Positions 17,699 to 25,675 of a stretch of 64,000 nucleotides of DNA are shown here, piece by piece. Below the pieces are notes generated by a model. That model had not been told where the DNA came from. It saw only the letters and a program-made list of their open reading frames with translations, and made no database searches. Each line of letters starts with the position of its first letter. Within the stretch, counting starts at the first letter, position 1. Source of the DNA: Cellvibrionaceae bacterium. Lineage in GTDB: Bacteria > Pseudomonadota > Gammaproteobacteria > Pseudomonadales > Cellvibrionaceae. The stretch spans positions 31,273-95,272 of the forward strand of contig JBLIFG010000003.1 in NCBI GenBank assembly GCA_047633635.1, read 5' to 3'. A program made the position numbers and the translations under genes.

Positions 17699-18130
17699 TC
17701 ATATACTCACCCACATGTAATTTTTATGCTTAGCGGCGATGGCTTGAGACCCCTTGGGGAGATCCAATACTCGCTGGACTGGTGCATCTAAACTATGCTG
17801 CGGTTCGTCGTAATGAATGTCTTGTACCACTACTGAACCCTCATAGGTTTGGTACATATGCTTCGCTACACTATAACCGTTCACCTCATATTGGGCATAT
17901 AAACTAGGATATAAATCTTCAGCACTTGCGGCACAACAGATATAGCTGCCACTATACCAGTCATTCCGGACCTCCCCGTCATAATACGCGTCGAATATCC
18001 AATCACTCGAACGCTGATGCTGCTGAATAAGTTTATTTGTAAACAGTGAATTTATCGCGACGCGATTCTCCTCGCTATCCCATAACGGACAAGGGGTGAA
18101 AGATGAACTATTAATCGATTGGACACTCAC
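17699..18130 (-). CDS. Hypothetical protein (143 aa, GTG start); possibly the 3' part of the decayed upstream gene
   Basis: ORF only, with an aromatic/Cys-rich composition. It abuts the pseudogene region on the same strand. Confidence 0.35.
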   Translation of the reverse strand: MSVQSINSSSFTPCPLWDSEENRVAINSLFTNKLIQQHQRSSDWIFDAYYDGEVRNDWYSGSYICCAASAEDLYPSLYAQYEVNGYSVAKHMYQTYEGSVVVQDIHYDEPQHSLDAPVQRVLDLPKGSQAIAAKHKNYMWVSI

Positions 18131-19091
18131 TGCGTCGATGACATATAAACTACCGTAAACTTCTCTAGTGGCCCATTTACCCCGCTATTCACATAAGCGT
18201 CGCCATGAAATTCTAAAGCCATGCTAAGATTGAGCCCGCCGCCCAATCTTCATTCGGCAGTCGCACCATCTTCTAGTTTAATTTTTGCCCCAGCGCCCAG
18301 AGTCATTGCCTCGCTGGTAATGATCGTCACATCGCCGTGTATTGTCAGCGTAATATCCGATTGCAGGTTTATCACACTGCCATAATATGTCATTTCCTCA
18401 TCAGTAACACCGATGCTATCGGCAGAGAGGTACGTATTCGGTATCAAGGTAAAATCTGCGTTATCATCTGGATCAATTTCAATAGTATTTCTTATAGCCG
18501 TCATAACAGCTGTCATCTCATCGGTACTTTGGATAAATCCTGCTTCGTTGTTTTCGTATCCCTTTCCGGCAATTGTGGTCCCCGCTCCATAAGTCGTCTC
18601 GCCTTTCGCGTCTGTGAAGTAATACTTCGAATTGGCTCCTAGCGTGATTGTTGCGTCAGCGAAGATAGCGCCGGCCTCACCCTAAGCTCCTACGACCACG
18701 GCGGCGCCTTGGTTGATGTCTTAAGCCGTGGCATAAGTCCCTAATCTCACAGCAGCGACCGCGGAAATTTGTTTAACATTTGACCCGACACCCTCGGTAA
18801 AAGCAGCGCCATTATAGATATCAATTACGGTAGTGTAAGTACCAATAGAAACGGCCGCTTGTACAGCTAGATGTCCGTTAACATCGGAACTGGGGGCCGA
18901 ATTTTGGGATGTGCGGCTATATTTAGCGCCGCTCCCGAAATTACAGAATACGAGGAAAAATCAACATATACCTCTGCAACTATTTCTGATTCTGAATGAT
19001 CAGCATAAGCTAAACCATCGACAGACACTGCCATGGCTTGATTTGCGCTAATAAGGTGGCAAAAGGGATATGTTTGATGGCATGTCAGCAA
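18131..19091 (-). pseudogene. Decayed gene for a secreted beta-helix-like repeat protein (possibly DUF3494/ice-binding-like)
   Basis: One reading frame runs from about 18925 to 18250 but is broken by an in-frame TAA (18721-18723) and TAG (18682-18684). Frameshifts lie near 18867-18925 and 18250. Motifs such as STDEMTAVMTA, SDITLTIHGD and KIKLEDGATAEN-EDW resemble the DUF3494 pattern as I remember it. Confidence 0.5.
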
Positions 19092-19509
19092 TGATATTGG
19101 CTGCCCGGTACTCGCTCGGTTAAGTCCGATATCATTTAACTCTAAACAGCCGCAATGAGCGATAGCTTGCGAGTCACGCTTTATTCAATTGTATGGCCGT
19201 TAATCGCTTAATGGTGCCCTTTAATCAATTTTAAGGACAGGCAGCTTACTGCCATTTTTTCCTGATCAACTCGTTTTTAAATACGGCAAAAGTAGTCATA
19301 GGCCGTTCAGATCTGTACGGGTCGTATGTGTCATTACAAAACTTGATTTTAACTAGCTGGACACGCGGAGGGTTTTCAGCAGTTGTGGTGCCAAAAGAAT
19401 GGCTAAAAGTGTTTCGCCGTTGGCGGTTTCAACCTTGAAATGCATAATTAATTAAACCACTAGTCTAGTAATGTGATGTTCGTCGCGTTATTCTTAACAA
19501 ATTTAATAT

Positions 19510-20646
19510 TTGTGGGGCATCAAATTGAAATCGATAAGCATCGAGTTAGATCATCAAAGTGGTGTAGACGCATTAACTCTCGAAGAATCGAACAAACTTG
19601 TCAAAGTGCAAAGAGATATTTTAGAGATCGTCGTAACCGGCAATGATTCTCAGAGCGCGTTAGATTCGCTTTGCAAGATTGCCGAAGATATTGTCGATAA
19701 TTCTATAGCTTCTATCATGATATTTAATGCATGCCGAACTGAGTTGCTAGTTCGAGCAGCTCCTAATCTTTCACATCAAGCATGCGAAGACTTAAACGGA
19801 CTTGTTCCAGGCGAATTTTCAGGTTCGTGTGGAACAGCCGTTTACAAAGGAGTACCGCAATTCGTGTGTGACACAAGTACAGATAAACGCTGGGAAAATT
19901 TACAAAAGCATATTTTTGACTTTAATGTTCACGCCTGTTGGTCTATGCCGATAGTGGATTCTAACAATCAACCTATTGGCTCATTTGCGTTGTCCAGTTT
20001 TTCAAAGAGAGAACCCAACCAATTTCAAAAGAATTTGATGCAAACTGCTAGCTATTTAGTCAGCTTGGTTTTAAGAAGAGAGACCGAGTCGGTTATGTTG
20101 AAGCAAGCCGCTCACTATGATGCGCTTACTAATATTCCAAATCGTAGCCTATTTAATGAAAGAATTGCTCACGCGATGGCGAAAGCTAACCGAAGCGGTA
20201 CCCGTTTAGCTATATTCTTTATTGATTTAGACAATTTCAAACAAATTAATGACAAATATGGTCATAATGTGGGTGATAAAGTCTTGCAAGAGGTCGCATT
20301 TCGATTTCAAAAATGTATTAGAGGGGAAGATACATTTGCAAGAATTGGCGGAGACGAATTTATTCTATTAGTTGAGAATAATGACGCTGTCGTCGAATTG
20401 ACTTGGATAGCGGAGAAACTGCAAAATGCTATATTTGATCCAATTGTTCTTGAGGGGGCAGGTGATTCGGCAAAGGATGATTATCAAATTGCCGCCAGTA
20501 TAGGTATTAGTATTTATCCTACACATGGACTTACCTCCTATGAATTGTTGGAATGCGCAGATAAGGCCATGTATATTGCAAAGTCCTCAAAAAATTCAAA
20601 CATTCAGTTTTATTCTGAGTTAGCAACTGACCTTATGAAGCAATAA
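19510..20646 (+). CDS. GAF-domain diguanylate cyclase
   Basis: C-terminal GGDEF domain (RIGGDEF) with an RxxD I-site (RGED). The N-terminal region of about 180 aa looks GAF-like. The start codon is TTG, so the exact start is uncertain. Confidence 0.85.
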   Translation: MWGIKLKSISIELDHQSGVDALTLEESNKLVKVQRDILEIVVTGNDSQSALDSLCKIAEDIVDNSIASIMIFNACRTELLVRAAPNLSHQACEDLNGLVPGEFSGSCGTAVYKGVPQFVCDTSTDKRWENLQKHIFDFNVHACWSMPIVDSNNQPIGSFALSSFSKREPNQFQKNLMQTASYLVSLVLRRETESVMLKQAAHYDALTNIPNRSLFNERIAHAMAKANRSGTRLAIFFIDLDNFKQINDKYGHNVGDKVLQEVAFRFQKCIRGEDTFARIGGDEFILLVENNDAVVELTWIAEKLQNAIFDPIVLEGAGDSAKDDYQIAASIGISIYPTHGLTSYELLECADKAMYIAKSSKNSNIQFYSELATDLMKQ

Positions 20647-20989
20647 GGTCTTGAATAAGATTATTATTGCACGAAACAACTTTATTCTGCTCTAACATTG
20701 ATGTTCATTATCGAATAATTAGCGTTTGCTCCTAACCTGATTCTCTTGTGAAATAGTTTTAGGCCTCTGATGCACTTAGTACCTATCCCGTTTAAATACA
20801 CCCTCACGAATTCTTAATATATTGTGGTCGTACTCAATATTAAATAATAGCTTTCTCGCGAATCTACGGAATTTTCAGAGAGTTTAAAAATTGATATTGC
20901 TTATATCAACTATCAGGCAATTTTTGTCGCTAACCAATACTATTTACCGGTTGTGATGAACCTTAACATGCCTGTCGCGATTCATTCTA

Positions 20990-21375
20990 ATCATATGGCC
21001 AAAATTCACAGCTCAGAAGAGAAGTAGTTAGCAAAAAAAGGGATGGCGGCTTACTGTCAAAAGCCTTCCAATTAAAGGCAAAGTTACTATGCTTTGTTGA
21101 AATACGCTTTAATTCTAAGCATAAATATACCCGTAGAAGCGGCTTTTTAATGGATGAGTCAATAACAAACATTAATTACTTAAGTCCAAACCAGAGTTCA
21201 ACAACAATCTTAACAACCGCATATGATAGCGATGGCATTACTACTGCTCATAATGGTAGGTTCGGATATAAAGGACAAATCTGATTAATGAACTGGGCTT
21301 CTATATATGCAGGCACGATACTTTGATTCAGTGATTGGTAGATTCTACTCAAATGTTACAATAAGTTTTAGGAAT
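20990..21375 (+). pseudogene. Remnant of the C-terminal end of an Rhs/YD-repeat core
   Basis: The frame reads ...TTAYDSDGITTAHNGRFGYKGQI(stop). After a frame change it reads ELGFY and then MQARYFDSVIGRFYS. This matches the conserved Rhs core end (FGF.GQ..D.ETGLYY.RARYYDP..GRF). There is no start codon, at least two frame breaks, and no DPxGL/toxin tail. Confidence 0.5.
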
Positions 21376-21819
21376 ATATAAAACTTTAACAGATAGACTT
21401 ATGTAAATAATAACCCCTTCAAGTAGGTGCATCAAAATGTTAACACGAGTGTGTATTTGGAGGCCGAGTTAGAAGGAAGAGTAGGAAGCTTAACCTCAAA
21501 AGGTTTGTCGCCATTAAGCTTTAATGATTCGAATGCTAGTCGTGGACAGCTGGCTTTAGAAGTGGTCGTTTTTTTCCATTTCTTGACAGTACAATTTTTG
21601 ATGCTGGTATTGTTGCAACAGCAGCTGCGACTGACGCATTTTTAGCTGGTCGGCTAGAGTTAACGCTAGGAAGTAAGGGAGGAAGATAAACTAATACATC
21701 AATATTTTTCAACATATTGCCAAATCACTTCTAGACACATTTCATAGCTATATCAGCTTGTTTTTTGATCATCATTGTTCATAATTACTACATGAAAAGT
21801 ATTGACCCGAGACATAGAG

Positions 21820-22107
21820 ATGAATGATTAGCAGATCAGATCTGTTAATACCAGGAACCTACTTAAGAAACTAACGGTAGCGGTTATTGTAGTAGCGGCT
21901 TATCAACTCACATTTAACGATCCAGTAAGGCCTGCAGTGGAGCTTTTAGATAATAACCTAATTGAAAAGACTCACTTAGCTAAATTGGAATTAGTGTCTG
22001 GGAATGAAAGGGATGGTATAACGGAAATAACCATGCAGTTCTCTTTAAATATCGACCTTGGAAAAGAGTTTAATAAGCTAATTAAAGCGATCATTACTTC
22101 TAGATAA
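21820..22107 (+). pseudogene. Small membrane-anchored ORF interrupted by an in-frame TAG at codon 4
   Basis: ATG AAT GAT TAG is followed by 91 open codons in the same frame. These encode a TM helix (LLKKLTVAVIVVAAYQL) and a soluble domain. No in-frame restart would keep the TM segment. Confidence 0.35.
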
Positions 22108-22283
22108 ACATGCAAAGCTCTTTAACACTTTTATAGCCTATATAATGATAGCTGCTATTGAAAAGGCTTGTTGCGAACATCGTTAGCGAGCTTTAAATCG
22201 TATAGCAACTACAGGCGATTAAGAGTGCTTAAATATAAGTACTTATATAAAAACATTTATACTCTCCACTGCAAAGGATAACC

Positions 22284-23903
22284 ATGCCTTCAAAACAAGT
22301 GCCGACAACACAAACAACCCCCAAACAAGCACCTATAAAGCCTCTACCTGCAGCGGCATCTCAAGATCAGCTGTCGCCAAATCAGGCCTCTTCAGATGAA
22401 TTATCGCTAGAGCAACTTTCTTTTTCTAATAAATTTTATGCTTTAGGTGACAGTTTTTACTCGGTGGTGGCCCCAGCACCGCTGAAAAAGCCTTTTTGGC
22501 TGCACATCAATACAGATGTTATGGCTTCATTGGGCTTAACGCTAGCGGGCTTGAAAACACCATTAAACTTAGATATTTTTAGTGGAACAGCGACACTTGC
22601 CGATCAAATACCGATCGCGACAGTCTATTCTGGGCACCAATTTGGTGGCTACACAGCATGCCTAGGTGACGGTCGAGCAATGTTGATAGCGCAAATCAAT
22701 ACTGCTGATGGCGTCTTTGATCTACAACTAAAAGGCGCTGGACCAACGCCTTATTCACGCAGAGCCGACGGTCGAGCGGTATTGCGCTCATCAATAAGAG
22801 AGTATTTGGCGGGTGAGGCCATGCATCAACTCGGAATAGCAACTAGTAGGGCCTTATGTTTAGTCGGCAGCGAAGAACCCGTGGTACGCGAACAAGTAGA
22901 GGCAGGAGCAACAGTGGCTCGGGTAGCAAGAACTCATATTCGTTTTGGGCATTTTGAATACTTTCACTATACTGACCAACTAAAAGAATTAAAACAATTG
23001 GCCGATCACGTCATTGAGCAGTTTCTTCCACAGGCAGTTGCTGCATCTGACAAATATAATCAACTACTGAGTTTTTCTGTAAAGCAGACAGCCAAACTTA
23101 TTGCCCAGTGGCAGAGTGTTGGTTTTGCTCACGGAGTTATGAATACCGATAATATGTCAATTATCGGAGACACCTTAGATTATGGCCCCTATGGGTTTTT
23201 AGACGATTATGAACCTGGCTTTATTTGCAATCATTCAGATCACAGCGGCCGCTATGCTTTTGATCAGCAACCCTCAATTGGTTTATGGAACCTTAGTGCT
23301 TTAGCACATGCACTGTCTTCTCTTATCGATAATGCAAGTATTCGCGATATTTTGGCGCGCTATGAGCCTTATCTGATAGAGGCCTATGCTGATTTAATGC
23401 GGAATAAATTAGGTTTAGACAAGCCACAAAAAAACGATCACAAATTATGTTCTCAATTACTAAATTTAATGGCTCAAGACAAGATTGATTACACGCGGTT
23501 GTTTAGGCAGTTATGTGATTTTAAAACAATCGAGACTGCATCACTATCTGATGAGGCAATAACATCGGCGTTAAATAAAAAAAATACCACTTTAGGTGAA
23601 TTGTTTAATCAAAAAGAACAATGGCAAGATTGGGCCTGCCAATATAATCAGCGTCTTTTAAAAACAAGCCAGCCTGAACTAGAGCGTAGCGTTGCGATGA
23701 AAGCGGTTAATCCAAAGTTCATCGCTCGCAATCATTTATTGCAACAAGCCATAGAGAAAGCTGAAATCAATAAAGACTATAGTGATATCGATACTCTCTT
23801 TATGTTGCTGCAAACACCTTTTGATGAGCACGCGGGCTTTGATCATTTTGCTGAACCGCCAAAGGTTCATGAAAAGCATTTAGAAATAAGTTGTTCTAGC
23901 TAA
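22284..23903 (+). CDS. selO: Protein adenylyltransferase SelO (YdiU family)
   Basis: Pseudokinase-fold motifs YSGHQFGGY, LGDGRA and MNTDNMSI. The C-terminus is ...EISCSS. Confidence 0.9.
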   Translation: MPSKQVPTTQTTPKQAPIKPLPAAASQDQLSPNQASSDELSLEQLSFSNKFYALGDSFYSVVAPAPLKKPFWLHINTDVMASLGLTLAGLKTPLNLDIFSGTATLADQIPIATVYSGHQFGGYTACLGDGRAMLIAQINTADGVFDLQLKGAGPTPYSRRADGRAVLRSSIREYLAGEAMHQLGIATSRALCLVGSEEPVVREQVEAGATVARVARTHIRFGHFEYFHYTDQLKELKQLADHVIEQFLPQAVAASDKYNQLLSFSVKQTAKLIAQWQSVGFAHGVMNTDNMSIIGDTLDYGPYGFLDDYEPGFICNHSDHSGRYAFDQQPSIGLWNLSALAHALSSLIDNASIRDILARYEPYLIEAYADLMRNKLGLDKPQKNDHKLCSQLLNLMAQDKIDYTRLFRQLCDFKTIETASLSDEAITSALNKKNTTLGELFNQKEQWQDWACQYNQRLLKTSQPELERSVAMKAVNPKFIARNHLLQQAIEKAEINKDYSDIDTLFMLLQTPFDEHAGFDHFAEPPKVHEKHLEISCSS

Positions 23904-24192
23904 AAACCTGCCCAAAGGCCCTTAGTAAGACGCATTATTCTCGCAAAAACTGCCTGCCCTGTTAGTGTATTTTAGCCCTTTATAGACAAGCAAAGGCGCA
24001 GTTCATGTTAACGTTAGTGCTATTGTTGGTCATAAATTAGCGCCTGCGTGGGAATGACGGCTGGGGAGTAACTCTCGCCATATGCTTGAGGCTAAAGCTT
24101 AATATGAGTATCGTTTGTTGCTATTCAATGGCCTTATCCACTGCGACGACCAATAGCTTCGTATCTATTGCTAGCATTATTTGCTGCCGAGT

Positions 24193-25053
24193 TTATTTTT
24201 GCTCTAGTGCCCACTGATAAAGGTCACGTTTATTCAGCCCTGTTAATTTAGCGCAAATAGCGGCGGCTTTTTTAATAGGCAGCTCTTCTAACAATGCCTC
24301 CATCATTTTAATAACTGACTCATCAATCGATACAAACTCATCAGATTTTTTATATCCACTCACTATCACTACAAATTCGCCACGTTGTTGGTTGGCATCT
24401 GCAGTAATAGTATCGACAAGAGCAGCCAGTGAACCGTCTAACACCGTCTCGAAGGTTTTAGTCAACTCTCGTGCAACCACGGCTATTCTTTCACTACCTA
24501 AGATGTCTTTCATATCTGTGATAGACGCAAGAATACGATGACTAGACTCATAAAAAATGAGCGTTCTCTGTTCCCGGACTAAAGCTGTTAAATATTGACA
24601 CCGCGCCGTCTTTTTCGCAGGCATAAAACCTTCGAAGACAAAGCGATCAGATGGCATGCCCGCCACAGAAAGTGCTGTGACCATGGCGCAAACACCCGGT
24701 ATGGGAACAACGTTAATACCTTGCTGCCGAACAGCTTTAACTAATTGATAACCTGGATCAGAAATTAGCGGTGTACCTGCATCAGAAATTAAAGCAATTG
24801 ATTTGCCGTCCGCTAATAATTGACTGATTTTTTGTAAGCGCCTAGCGTCGCTATGCTCGTGATAGGCTATCATCGGTGTTGCAATATCCAAATGTTGCAG
24901 TAAACGCGCGCTGTGCCGAGTATCTTCTGCGGCAATGAAATCCACATTTTTTAGTGTTGATATTGCTCTTTGGGTAATATCGTCGAGATTACCAATGGGT
25001 GTAGCAACAATATAAAGCTCACCTGCCTGCCGATTTATCATATCTTTTCTCAA
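24193..25053 (-). CDS. rsmI: 16S rRNA (cytidine1402-2'-O)-methyltransferase
   Basis: GELYIVATPIGNLDDIT motif. It is divergent from lpoA, as in the conserved yraL/yraM arrangement. The likely ATG start is at 25041. Confidence 0.9.
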   Translation of the reverse strand: MRKDMINRQAGELYIVATPIGNLDDITQRAISTLKNVDFIAAEDTRHSARLLQHLDIATPMIAYHEHSDARRLQKISQLLADGKSIALISDAGTPLISDPGYQLVKAVRQQGINVVPIPGVCAMVTALSVAGMPSDRFVFEGFMPAKKTARCQYLTALVREQRTLIFYESSHRILASITDMKDILGSERIAVVARELTKTFETVLDGSLAALVDTITADANQQRGEFVVIVSGYKKSDEFVSIDESVIKMMEALLEELPIKKAAAICAKLTGLNKRDLYQWALEQK

Positions 25054-25675
25054 AAATTATCCGTCTATTAAACTAAGCAACACTCACCAAACAACTCGCC
25101 GGCATGCATCTCCTGTAGGCACTGCTAAACCCTTCAAATCATCAAAGAGTCTACCCGTACGAGTAAATGCACTAAAAACTTTGAGGCTATGCTTGTAACC
25201 AATAAGCTCGACACCGCATTCAAAAGCTTCCTATACCTTTAGATATGTTGTTAGGGTACAGAAAGCGTAAGCGTTTATGCTAAGTTAAAAACTATTATTT
25301 GTAGACAATACTTAACACTTAAAACATATACCGCTATTAACGATGTAGCTACTGCCGCTGCAACTATTTATTATGTCGCTATTTTTTATGTTATCTATTG
25401 ATGTTATTCATGGGAGTGTTCATTTCTGAGGCTGCTTACCTGCACATGCATTTTGTCATGCTTAGATCTTTATTGATAATTTATATCGTGAAATTACAAA
25501 CGAAACTTGTATTTTTCACCTTTTTATAAATGACCGCCAGTTTTAGCAAGGCTTTACACAATATCTGATTATCTTCACGTATAATATTGCTTTATGCTTA
25601 TTTATAAGCTTTCAAGTGCATGTAAATGGTCGCCCTATGATTGATTTAAAGCCTTTAAAACAAGTTATCAAACCA

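Noticed and set aside
18682-18723. In-frame TAG and TAA codons, considered as possible programmed recoding (pyrrolysine or read-through).
   Set aside because: The same gene also has frameshifts at both ends. There is no pyl or sel machinery or recoding signal nearby, and both TAG and TAA occur. Ordinary pseudogenisation or sequencing error is the simpler explanation.
21427-21645. A 72-aa ORF downstream of the Rhs remnant, plus a 59-codon frame on the opposite strand.
   Set aside because: Neither has a convincing start context or a recognisable motif. They sit in a patch of obvious gene debris, so I did not call them as genes.
24040-24060. GCGCCTGCGTGGGAATGACGG, which resembles half of the GTCATTCCCGCG..GCGGGAAT repeat family common in some gammaproteobacteria.
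   Set aside because: It is a single copy in this window with no inverted partner, so it cannot be called a repeat element from this sequence alone.
23904-25615. I looked for RNase P RNA (rnpB) flanking rsmI, where it lies in Pseudomonas.
   Set aside because: Neither flank contains the conserved GGAAAGTCCGGGC or ACAGAACCCGGCTTA-like blocks. The 289-bp downstream gap is also too short.
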